Source: Rhodothermales bacterium (GTDB taxonomy: Bacteria > Bacteroidota > Rhodothermia > Rhodothermales > Rubricoccaceae). From it: 43,759 bases of DNA. A program made the translations under genes and the position numbers. Numbering within the stretch: the first letter of the stretch is position 1; every line of letters begins with the position of its first letter. The notes below the pieces were generated by a model. The model ran no database searches and had not been told where the DNA came from. It worked only from the letters and a program-made list of their open reading frames with translations. This document shows, piece by piece, positions 27,019 to 35,144 of this stretch. Location: positions 1 through 43,759 of the forward strand of contig JBBSQZ010000001.1 in assembly GCA_038243565.1 (NCBI GenBank), given 5' to 3'.

Positions 27019-28379
27019 TCCCGGACCCGATCCGCGCGCAGGCCGACGCGCATCCCGACGCCGCGGCCGTCGTCACCGACGCAGGCACGTGGACGTGGGA
27101 GGACCTCGACGCCCGCGTCGCGGCCTGCGCCGCCCGCCTCGAGGAGTCGGGCGAGGCGCGTGTCGCCGTCGTCTCGCGGCCGAGCGCCGAGTTCGTCGTG
27201 CTGCTGTTTGGGGCACTCCGCGCGGGCGCTTTGCTCGTGCCACTCGCGCCGCGCTGGCCGGCCGCCGCGGTCGAGGAGACGGCGCAGCGCCTCGGCCTTC
27301 GCCTTGTGCTGGGCGAGGCTGACCTTGGCGAGATCGCACGTCCGGGCAGGGCAGCGAAGAGGCCCGTGCCTCCGATCGAGGCGTCGCAGCCGTGGACCGT
27401 CGTCCACACGTCCGGCACGTCGGGCGAGCCGAAGGCCGTGCTGCACACGGCGGGCAACCACGCGGCGAGCGCGCGCGGCGTGAGCGCGCGCCTCGGCCTG
27501 CGGGCCGGCGACACGTGGCTCCTCGACCTCCCGATGCACCACGTTGGCGGACTGGGCATGGCCGTGCGGTGCGCTCTCGCTGGCGCCGCGATGGCGATCC
27601 CCGCGCCCGGGACGGGCACGGCCGAGGCGCTCCGCCGCTTCCGCCCGACGCACGCGTCGCTCGTCTCGACACAGCTCTTCCGCCTGCTCCGCGACGACCC
27701 CGCCGCCGGCGCAGGGCTCCGCGCGATCCTGCTCGGCGGCAGCGCCATCGCCCCCGGTCTCCTCGACGCCGCCGTCGACGCCGGCCTGCCCGTGTGCATC
27801 GGCTACGGGATGACCGAGGCGACCTCGACCGTCACGATGACTGCGCCTGGCGCAGACCGCGCGGCGCTCGACACCTCCGGTACCGTCCTGCCCGAGCGCG
27901 AACTCCGCATCGCGGCGGACGGCGAGATCGAGATCCGCGGCGCGACGCTCGCTGCTGGCACGCTCACGGACGCGGGGCTCGTGCCGCTGCCGCTCACGCC
28001 CGACGGCTGGTTCCGCACCGGCGACCGCGGGGCGCTCGACGCCACGGGGCGCCTCGTCGTGGCCGGGCGCGTGGGCAACGGGTTCGTCTCGGGCGGAGAG
28101 AACGTGCAGCCCGAGGCCGTCGAGGCCGCGCTGGCGCGACGTCCCGGCGTCGCCGAGGCCGTCGTGGTGCCCGTGCCGAGCGCCGAGTGGGGCGCGCGCC
28201 CCGTCGCCTTCGTCCGCCCGAGCGGCGCCGCGCTGCCGGACGGCCTGCGCGAGGCGCTCCGCGAGACGCTCCCGCCGCACGCCGTCCCCGTCGCGTTCAT
28301 CCCGTGGGACGGGCCCGACGGCATGAAGCCGGACCGGCGAGGGCTGGCAGAGGTAGCCCAAAGGCGGTTTAAGGTTTAA
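27015..28379 (+). CDS. menE: o-Succinylbenzoate-CoA ligase
   Basis: The ATG overlaps the menC stop (ATGA). AMP-binding motifs HTSGTSGEPKAV, GYGMTE, TGDRG. The stop TAA lies inside the AT-rich hairpin arm. Confidence 0.9.
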   Translation: MIPDPIRAQADAHPDAAAVVTDAGTWTWEDLDARVAACAARLEESGEARVAVVSRPSAEFVVLLFGALRAGALLVPLAPRWPAAAVEETAQRLGLRLVLGEADLGEIARPGRAAKRPVPPIEASQPWTVVHTSGTSGEPKAVLHTAGNHAASARGVSARLGLRAGDTWLLDLPMHHVGGLGMAVRCALAGAAMAIPAPGTGTAEALRRFRPTHASLVSTQLFRLLRDDPAAGAGLRAILLGGSAIAPGLLDAAVDAGLPVCIGYGMTEATSTVTMTAPGADRAALDTSGTVLPERELRIAADGEIEIRGATLAAGTLTDAGLVPLPLTPDGWFRTGDRGALDATGRLVVAGRVGNGFVSGGENVQPEAVEAALARRPGVAEAVVVPVPSAEWGARPVAFVRPSGAALPDGLREALRETLPPHAVPVAFIPWDGPDGMKPDRRGLAEVAQRRFKV

Positions 28380-28427
28380 CGTTTAAGGAATGGCTACACC
28401 ACCCTTAAACATTAAACCTTAAACCGC
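28364..28427. repeat. AT-rich heptad-periodic hairpin (near-perfect 25-bp stem) between convergent menE and ppiD
   Basis: Arms are gcggtttaaggtttaacgtttaagg and ccttaaacattaaaccttaaaccgc, with a 14-nt loop. The menE TAA is inside the 5' arm. Confidence 0.9.
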
Positions 28428-28432
28428 ATTTC

Positions 28433-30517
28433 TCATCCCAGCGCCTGGGAGCGGAGGTCCTGCACGTCCGCGGCGTCGCGGAGCGACTTGATCCAGGCCT
28501 GCGCGACCTGCTGGCGGCGGCGCTGGAGCAGCTCCTCGCGGATCTGCGTCTTCAGCGCCGGCGTGAGCTCGGCCGGGAGGCCGCCGCGGCGGGCCGTCGT
28601 CTGGACGACGAAGGCGGCCTGCTGGCCCTCGACGACGCCCGAGCGCTGGCCCGGCATCAGCCCGAAGGCCGCGCCGACGAGGCGCGGCTCGTCGCCGAAG
28701 CCCGCGACCGTCGGTGTCGCCATCGAGAGGTCCGAGAGGTCCACGGCCCGCTGGCCGACGGCCTGCGCGATCGCGTCGAGGCTCGCCGTCGGCGTCACCG
28801 CCTTCGCAAAGCGCTCCGTCACGACGGCCTTCTTCTTCTCGAGCGCGACGTCCGTCTCGATCTGGTCGCGGACGTCGTCGAACGGCGCCGTGCCGGCGTC
28901 GGTGATGCCCGTCACGTGGACGACGGCGAAGCCGGTGCTCGCGTCGAACGGCGTCGAGACGTCGCCGACGGAGGCCGTCCGCAGGAAGCGCATCAGCTCG
29001 CGGCCGACGTCGAGGCTGGGCACGTACGGCTGGTCCTCCTGGATCTCGAGCGGCGTCACCGTGAGGTTCTTCTCGCGGGCGGCCGCCTCGAAGTCCTGGT
29101 TCTCCTCCTGGATGTTGACGACCACGAAGTCCTCGGCCGCCTCGCGCACGGCGTCGACGTTGGCCTGGACCGGGCGCGAGACCTGGACGAGCTCGGCCTC
29201 CTGCGTGCTCTTGCCCTCGACGAGGATGAGGTGCACGCCGAACGACGTCTTGACCGGCCCGACGACCTGCCCGACGGGCGCGGCGAAGGCCGCGGCGTCG
29301 AACTCCGAGACCATCCGGCCGCGGCCGAACCACCCGAGGTCGCCGCCCTGCGCCTTGTTGGACTCGTCCGTGGACACGAGGCGGGCGGCGTCGGCGAACG
29401 AGATCTGGCCGGCCTGGATGCGCGCCTTCAGGCGCTCGGCCTCGGCCTCCTGGCCCGGCGCGAGCAGGATGTGGCGCGCGTGGACGAGCGGGCTCGCCGC
29501 GTTGCGGACGCCCGTGATGCGGGCGAGCACGGCCTGGTCGCCGGCGATGACCGGCCCGACGACGCGGCCCACGCGGAGGTCCGAGTAGACGGCCGCGGCG
29601 AGCGCGGGGTTGAGGTCGCCGGCCGAGACGAAGGCCGCCGCCGCCGGCGCGCCGGCGGCGTTCTGGGTGGCGAAGGCGGCGGGGTCTGCGGCCGAGGCGA
29701 AGCCGCCGGCGAGGCCGCGGAGCGTGCCGATGGCCCGCGCCGAGTCCGCCCGGGTCGGGGCCTTGTCGAACGAGACGACCTGGACGGCCCACGTCTTGGG
29801 CCGCTCGTAGTCGGCGCGGTGGGCGTCGTAGTAGGAGCGCAGGTCCGAGTCCGCGACCTGGATCTGCGTGTCCGGCACGTCGGCGTAGCGCAGGGCGACG
29901 GCGCGGGCGGCGGCCGTCTGCGTGCGGCGCACGAACTCGGCGTCGACCTCGGCGTCGCTCACGCGGACGGCGGCCGAGACGAGCGCCTGGAGCTTCGTCC
30001 GGCGGCGGTTGCTGCGGACCTGCTCCTCGATGGCCGAGAGCTCCTGGACGATCTGCGGGTCGGTGCTCGCAACGGCCGCAGCGAGCTGCTGGCGGTTCAC
30101 GCCGCCGACGCCGTCCGAGAAGACCTGCGCGATGAGCGGGTCCGGCTGGTCGCCGTTGATGAGCTGGAACACCTCGTCGTCCGTGACGCCGATGCCGAGG
30201 TCGTCCATCTGGCGCTCGACGATGGAGTTCGTGATGAACTCGTCGTAGGCGTTGGCCTCGATCTGCTGCTGGAGCGCGTTCGTGACCTCGACGCCCTGCG
30301 CCTGGTACTGCTGCACCTGCTGCTGGACGCGGTTGTTGAAGAGCTGCGTCTCGATGGGCCTGCCGTCGACGACGGCGACGTTGGGCCCGCCGCCGCGGCC
30401 CCCGGTGATGGCGTCGAAGAAGCCGGAGTCCTGGAGCACCCACAGCCCGCCGAAGGCCGCGACGAGGATCCAGAGGACTGCTCCGGTCCGCTCCCGCATC
30501 TTGTTCATTACGCCCAT
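28433..30517 (-). CDS. ppiD: Periplasmic chaperone/peptidyl-prolyl isomerase PpiD-like
   Basis: The N-terminus MGVMNKMRERTGAVLWILVAAFGGLWVL is a membrane anchor, followed by a SurA-N-like region and a parvulin domain (ARHILL...GGDLGWFGRGRMVSEFD...FGVHLI). Met35 of the track ORF is chosen as the start. Confidence 0.8.
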   Translation of the reverse strand: MGVMNKMRERTGAVLWILVAAFGGLWVLQDSGFFDAITGGRGGGPNVAVVDGRPIETQLFNNRVQQQVQQYQAQGVEVTNALQQQIEANAYDEFITNSIVERQMDDLGIGVTDDEVFQLINGDQPDPLIAQVFSDGVGGVNRQQLAAAVASTDPQIVQELSAIEEQVRSNRRRTKLQALVSAAVRVSDAEVDAEFVRRTQTAAARAVALRYADVPDTQIQVADSDLRSYYDAHRADYERPKTWAVQVVSFDKAPTRADSARAIGTLRGLAGGFASAADPAAFATQNAAGAPAAAAFVSAGDLNPALAAAVYSDLRVGRVVGPVIAGDQAVLARITGVRNAASPLVHARHILLAPGQEAEAERLKARIQAGQISFADAARLVSTDESNKAQGGDLGWFGRGRMVSEFDAAAFAAPVGQVVGPVKTSFGVHLILVEGKSTQEAELVQVSRPVQANVDAVREAAEDFVVVNIQEENQDFEAAAREKNLTVTPLEIQEDQPYVPSLDVGRELMRFLRTASVGDVSTPFDASTGFAVVHVTGITDAGTAPFDDVRDQIETDVALEKKKAVVTERFAKAVTPTASLDAIAQAVGQRAVDLSDLSMATPTVAGFGDEPRLVGAAFGLMPGQRSGVVEGQQAAFVVQTTARRGGLPAELTPALKTQIREELLQRRRQQVAQAWIKSLRDAADVQDLRSQALG

Positions 30518-30853
30518 TGCACGTCCGCCGGAGCGGTGGAAAGTCTTGAAACGCGACGGGGCCGGCACCCGGAGGTCCCGGCCCGCAGAGTCGGCCAAGC
30601 TAACCCCGACGGGGGGCACCCCCCGGGGGAAAAATCCGCGCAGACCCGCGGCGCGCGCCGAGGCGCGCTCGGGCTATCGGTACGTCCGGTCGAGGATGGC
30701 CGAGGCGGGCTGCGGCGCGGTCCGGGCGAGCCAGACGACCGAGGCGAGGCAGGCGACGCCGACGGCGGCGAGGAGCGAAGGCGACATGGGGACGCAGGGC
30801 GTGTGGGTTCCCCGGCATCGGCCATCACCCCTCCGCACAGGCCGTTCGGCCAT

Positions 30854-31417
30854 TCAGCCGCCCATTTCGTCGCGTTCGTCTCGGTAAAACGGGTTCGATT
30901 CGGGCACGTCGAGCCCCAGGTACATCCTGGACATGCGGACGTAGTGGGCGGCGTTGGCCCGGTTCCGCTCCACCTCGGCGTCCGTCAGCGCCCGCACGAC
31001 GCGCGCCGGGCTGCCGATGACGAGCGACCGCGGCGGCACGACGGTGTTCATCGTCACGAGCGCGCCCGCCCCGACGATCGACCCGGCCCCGATCACGGCG
31101 CCGTCCAGCACGACGGCGCCCATCCCGATGAGGACGTCGTCCTCGACCGTGCAGCCGTGGACGACGGCGTTGTGCCCGACGGTCACGCCCGCCCCGAGGC
31201 GGCACGGGTGCGTCCCGCGCGAGACGTGGACGGTCGCGCTGTCCTGCACGTTCGACCCCGGCCCGATCTCGATCCAGTGCACGTCGCCGCGCAGCGAGGC
31301 GCCGTACCACACGCTCGCGCCGTCGCCGAGCGAGACGTCGCCGACGACGGCGGCCGTGGGGGCGATGAAGACGTCCGCGCCGAGGCGCGGCGCGCGGCCG
31401 AGGAAGGGGAGGGTCAT
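30854..31417 (-). CDS. Gamma-class carbonic anhydrase family / hexapeptide-repeat protein
   Basis: MTLPFLGRAPRLGADVFIAPTAAVVGDVSLGDGASVWYGASLRGD...HGC... is a left-handed beta-helix hexapeptide pattern. It is the C-terminal part of a 1210-aa chimeric shadow ORF in the track. Confidence 0.85.
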   Translation of the reverse strand: MTLPFLGRAPRLGADVFIAPTAAVVGDVSLGDGASVWYGASLRGDVHWIEIGPGSNVQDSATVHVSRGTHPCRLGAGVTVGHNAVVHGCTVEDDVLIGMGAVVLDGAVIGAGSIVGAGALVTMNTVVPPRSLVIGSPARVVRALTDAEVERNRANAAHYVRMSRMYLGLDVPESNPFYRDERDEMGG

Positions 31418-31455
31418 GGTGGATGGTGGATGGTGGATGGTGGATGGTGGATGGT
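31418..31455. repeat. Perfect tandem heptad tract (GGTGGAT)x5; on the minus strand CCATCCA x5 abuts the gamma-CA ATG
   Basis: Five exact copies span 31418-31452, and the start codon is at 31415-31417 on the minus strand. Confidence 0.9.
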
Positions 31456-31618
31456 TTGACGAGGCGCTGCGGTTTGTTCCGGCGTCCTGCCTGGCGGGGC
31501 GGGTAGCGGCTCCTCCGGGGATTCGGCTGGGTCTGGGGAATCGGACGAGCGCGGCGTCTCGGCGGGCGGCACATCGCGGCGCCCGTATCTTGCACCACTT
31601 CTCCGCCTTCTGCCGCCC

Positions 31619-32197
31619 ATGTCCGTCGCCCTGACCGCCGCTCGCCCCGCTGCCCTGGACCGCCTCCGCGCGGCCGACCTGCCGCTCGCGGCGCAGATCG
31701 CCTCCATCGCCGGCGCGGCGCTCCTCGTGGCGCTGCTCGCGCAGGCGGAGGTCCGGCTCTACCTCTGGGAGGTCCCGCTGACGCTCCAGACGCTCGCCGT
31801 CTACGGGACGGGCCTCGTGCTCGGCCGCCGCAACGGCGTCCTCGCGATGGGCCTCTACCTGCTGATGGGCCTCGCGCTGCCCGTCTTCGCCGGCGGCGAG
31901 ACCGGCCTGGCGCACCTCTTCGGCGCGACGGGCGGCTACCTCCTCGCGTTCCCGCTCGTCGCCTTCGTCGGCGGGGCGCTGACAGAGCGCACGCGGACGT
32001 TTCCGCGCGCGATGCTCGCGCTCCTCGCCGGCTCGGTGGTCCTGTTCACGCTCGGCGTCGTCGTGCTGCACTCCGTGAGCGGGACGCTCTCGTGGACGGC
32101 CGCCGCCGAGATGGGCTGGCTCCGGTTCGTCCCGTGGGACATGGCCAAGATCGGGACCGTCGCCGCGGCGTACGCCGCCGCCCGCCGCGCGGCCTGA
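31619..32197 (+). CDS. bioY: Biotin transporter BioY (ECF S-component)
   Basis: PLTLQTLAVYGTGLVLGRRNG...GLALPVFAGG...GATGGYLLAFPL is the BioY signature. 192 aa and polytopic. Confidence 0.85.
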   Translation: MSVALTAARPAALDRLRAADLPLAAQIASIAGAALLVALLAQAEVRLYLWEVPLTLQTLAVYGTGLVLGRRNGVLAMGLYLLMGLALPVFAGGETGLAHLFGATGGYLLAFPLVAFVGGALTERTRTFPRAMLALLAGSVVLFTLGVVVLHSVSGTLSWTAAAEMGWLRFVPWDMAKIGTVAAAYAAARRAA

Positions 32198-32223
32198 CCC
32201 GCCGTCTTCTGCCCGTCTTCTGC

Positions 32224-32260
32224 GAAACGTCCGCCTCCCGGGGTGGGCGTTTCGCGTTTC
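32224..32260 (+). terminator. Putative intrinsic terminator after bioY
   Basis: A 12-bp stem (gaaacgtccgcc / ggtgggcgtttc, with two G-U pairs) and a 6-nt loop, followed by gcgtttc. Confidence 0.4.
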
Positions 32261-32335
32261 GGGCCGCCTCGTTACCCGCCCGGCACGATCGGCGGCCTTC
32301 TGATCGTCCTCCCCGTCCACACGTCCCCCGCTCCG

Positions 32336-33025
32336 ATGCGCCTCCCCCTTCTCCTGCTCACGCTCCTCGCGCTGCCCGCCTGCGATTCGTACAACAACGG
32401 CTACGACGACGGCTACGGCGATGGCCAGGGCAACGCCCCGACCAGCACCGCGACGTTCGCCGACTTCTCGCTCGACGCGACGCGGTACGACGTGAGCGAT
32501 GACAACCGCACGGCGACGTTCCGGTCGCGCAACATCTCGTCGATCGACACGCGCAACGCCGTTGAGCGGGCGCTCGCGACGGCTGGCGACGGCGCGCTCG
32601 TGATGCTCTACATCAAGAACTACCTCGTCAGCGACCAATCCTCTCCGACTCAAACTGCCCCGACGTACTCGGCGCTCCCGATCTCGCGTGGCTTTGACGA
32701 GCAGCTCGTGACCACGACGAACCCGGACGGGACCCCCGGCTCGCCGGTCTACGTCGTCGGGCTGACGGCGTCCTACGAGTTCTCGTTCGACAATGGGGAC
32801 CTCTACTTCGACGTGGTCTCTTCCAAGCCGTCGACCGACTTTGGAAGCAACCCGGAGTCCCTGTTCAACATCATCATTCCGCAGGAGACACTTGCAGACG
32901 GCAGCGGCCGCCTCGACCGCCTCGAGTTCCGCCTCGTCACCGTCCCCGCCCGCGCCGGCCAGCGCCCCGCCGTCGACATGACGGACTACGCGGCCGTCGC
33001 CCGCGCCTACAACCTGCCGGACTGA
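32336..33025 (+). CDS. Hypothetical lipoprotein
   Basis: MRLPLLLLTLLALPAC has a lipobox (LPAC). 229 aa. Visibly less GC-biased codon usage than its neighbours. Followed by a canonical terminator. Confidence 0.6.
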   Translation: MRLPLLLLTLLALPACDSYNNGYDDGYGDGQGNAPTSTATFADFSLDATRYDVSDDNRTATFRSRNISSIDTRNAVERALATAGDGALVMLYIKNYLVSDQSSPTQTAPTYSALPISRGFDEQLVTTTNPDGTPGSPVYVVGLTASYEFSFDNGDLYFDVVSSKPSTDFGSNPESLFNIIIPQETLADGSGRLDRLEFRLVTVPARAGQRPAVDMTDYAAVARAYNLPD

Positions 33026-33046
33026 CGCCGCCTCGCGCCGCGCGTT

Positions 33047-33081
33047 CGCCCCGCCTCGGACCTCCGGGGCGGGGCGTTTTT
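33047..33081 (+). terminator. Intrinsic terminator after the lipoprotein gene
   Basis: A perfect 9-bp GC stem (cgccccgcc / ggcggggcg) and a 12-nt loop, followed by ttttt. Confidence 0.7.
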
Positions 33082-33142
33082 GCGCACGGACGGAACGCCG
33101 CGCGGCGTTCCGGGTGAGCCTGCCACACGACGCCACGCCGCG

Positions 33143-34237
33143 ATGACTTTCCAGTATTCCGAGTGGGACGACGCCCGCCACGGGCAGGAGCGCACCACCT
33201 TCGACACGCTCTTCGACCTCTTCCAGCAGCTCCTCATGCACACCGGCGGCGACGCCGACGAGGCGCTCCGCTGGCTCACCGCCGTCGACACGCAGTACGG
33301 CCTCTCGGACGAGGGCATGGGCCTCGGCGACTTCATCGAGGAGCTCAAGAACCGCGGCTACGTCGAGCGCGACGAGCAGACCGGCGCCGTCCAGATCACC
33401 GGCAAGACGACGCGCGGCCTGCGCGAGCGCTCGCTCGAGGAGATCTTCGGCCAGCTCGCCAAGGCCGGCCGCGGCGCCCACAAGACGCCCTTCGCCGGCA
33501 CCGGCGACGAGCGCCAGCCCGAGACGCGCGCCTACTCCTTCGGCGATTCGGTCGCGGACCTCGACGTCACCGCGACGCTCTCCAACGCCTTCCGCCGCGG
33601 CGGCGACTTCTCGCTCGAGCAGGACGACTTCGAGGTCTTCGAGACGGACCACCACACGTCCGTCGCGACCGTCCTGATGATCGACCTCTCGCACTCGATG
33701 GTCCTCTACGGCGAGGACCGCATCACGCCCGCGCGCAGGACAGCGCTCGCCCTCGCCGAGCTCATCACGACGAAGTACCCCAGGGACACGCTGGACATCG
33801 TGGCCTTCGGCGACGACGCGTGGGAGGTCGAGATGAAGGACCTGCCGTTCCTCCAGGTCGGCCCGTACCACACCAACACGCGCGCCGGGCTCGAGCGCGC
33901 CCGCACGATCCTCAAGCGCCGAAAGAACCGCAACAAGCAGATCTTCATGATCACCGACGGCAAGCCGTCCGCCCACTTCGTCGACGGGCGGCTGTACAAG
34001 AACCCGTACGGGCTGGACCGGCAGATCGTGAACAAGGTCCTGGACCAGGGCGCGATGGCGCGCCGCGAGGGCATCACGATCACGACGTTCATGATCGCCC
34101 GCGACCCGGCGCTCCAGGACTTCGTGCGCCAGCTCACCGAGACGAACAAGGGCCGCGCCTACTACTCGCGCCTCGACGACCTGGGCGGCTTCCTGTTCGA
34201 GGACTACGTCCGCAACCGCCGCAAGACGGTGCGGTAG
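33143..34237 (+). CDS. VWA-domain protein (cytoplasmic, orphan)
   Basis: MIDAS-like MIDLSHSM, FMITDGKPS, ITITTFMIA. The ATG at 33143 is in frame with the track ORF. Confidence 0.65.
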   Translation: MTFQYSEWDDARHGQERTTFDTLFDLFQQLLMHTGGDADEALRWLTAVDTQYGLSDEGMGLGDFIEELKNRGYVERDEQTGAVQITGKTTRGLRERSLEEIFGQLAKAGRGAHKTPFAGTGDERQPETRAYSFGDSVADLDVTATLSNAFRRGGDFSLEQDDFEVFETDHHTSVATVLMIDLSHSMVLYGEDRITPARRTALALAELITTKYPRDTLDIVAFGDDAWEVEMKDLPFLQVGPYHTNTRAGLERARTILKRRKNRNKQIFMITDGKPSAHFVDGRLYKNPYGLDRQIVNKVLDQGAMARREGITITTFMIARDPALQDFVRQLTETNKGRAYYSRLDDLGGFLFEDYVRNRRKTVR

Positions 34238-34254
34238 GGAATATGGGCAACGAC

Positions 34255-34297
34255 GAACGGCCATCGGGGAATGCACTCCCGATGGCCGTTCTCGTTT
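34255..34297 (+). terminator. Putative intrinsic terminator after the VWA gene
   Basis: A perfect 14-bp stem (gaacggccatcggg / cccgatggccgttc) and a 9-nt loop, followed by tcgttt. Confidence 0.55.
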
Positions 34298-34406
34298 GCC
34301 CCCGCCGTTTCCCGATGCCCGTTGGTCTTTCCCGGCCGAGCGCACGCAGCGCCTCGGTCCGCCGCTGGCCGCGTCGTACGTTCGCGGCACCCTGACGCAC
34401 GCCGAC

Positions 34407-35144
34407 ATGCCCGCCACCGCCCGCCCGACGTCTCGCCCGTCCCGCGCGACGCCGCCCCGCACCGAGGCGCGTCCTGCGCCGAGCACGGAGCCGACGACCG
34501 CGACGCCAGCCGAGGCGCTCGAGGAGACGCCGTACGCGCGCTACCTCCGGACGCTCCCCGATGGCCTCAAAGCCGACCTCATCCGCGGCGAAGCCGTCAT
34601 CGACATGTCCGCCAGCGTCGCTCACGAGCTCATCTTCGGCTTCCTCTACACGCTGCTCAAGCTCTACGTCGAGGAGCGCGGGCTCGGCGTCGTGCTCGGG
34701 TCGCGGACGCTGATGCGCGTCGATGACGAGAACGGATACGAGCCCGACCTGCTCTTTGTCCGGGCCGAGCGCCTCGGCATCATCGGCGACGTGGATGTGA
34801 GCGAGCGCGTGGACCTCGCCGTCGAGATCGTCTCGCGGACGTCGGGCCGGCGCGACCGAGAGACCAAGTTCGAGGGCTACGAGCGCCTCGGCGTGCCCGA
34901 GTACTGGCTCATCGACCCGCTGCGCGGCGAGGCGACGTTCTACGCGCTCGGCGACGACGGCACCTACCGCGCGACCCCGCTCGATGCCGGCGTCTTCGCG
35001 AGCCGCGAGCTTCCCGGCTTCCGCCTCGACCCGCAGGTTCTCTTCGGCGAGACGCTCCCGCCCGTGCTGCCGCTGCTCACCGCCCTGCTCGCCGAGCCGA
35101 TGCCCGAGGCGCCGAACGCCGCAGAAGACCCCGACGCCGCGTGA
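34407..35144 (+). CDS. Uma2-family (DUF820) putative endonuclease
   Basis: YEPDLLFV...DLAVEIVS...D...K...Y...GVPEYWLIDP is the PD-(D/E)xK-like Uma2 signature. It has a Pro/Thr-rich N-terminal tail. Confidence 0.75.
   Translation: MPATARPTSRPSRATPPRTEARPAPSTEPTTATPAEALEETPYARYLRTLPDGLKADLIRGEAVIDMSASVAHELIFGFLYTLLKLYVEERGLGVVLGSRTLMRVDDENGYEPDLLFVRAERLGIIGDVDVSERVDLAVEIVSRTSGRRDRETKFEGYERLGVPEYWLIDPLRGEATFYALGDDGTYRATPLDAGVFASRELPGFRLDPQVLFGETLPPVLPLLTALLAEPMPEAPNAAEDPDAA

Noticed and set aside
30588-30640. GC hairpin ccccgacggggggcaccccccggggg followed by aaaaa, as a terminator
   Set aside because: Both flanking genes are on the minus strand, where the T-run would precede rather than follow the stem. 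On the plus strand the stem is followed by an A-run. Neither orientation fits an intrinsic terminator.
31418-31455. Tandem GGTGGAT x5, and the other heptad arrays, as possible CRISPR arrays
   Set aside because: The units are 7 nt, contiguous and have no spacers. No cas genes are present. This is not CRISPR architecture.
30854-34486. 1210-aa minus-strand ORF
   Set aside because: It is a chimeric shadow frame running antisense to bioY, the lipoprotein gene and the VWA gene. Only its last 187 codons (the gamma-CA family protein) have protein-like sequence.
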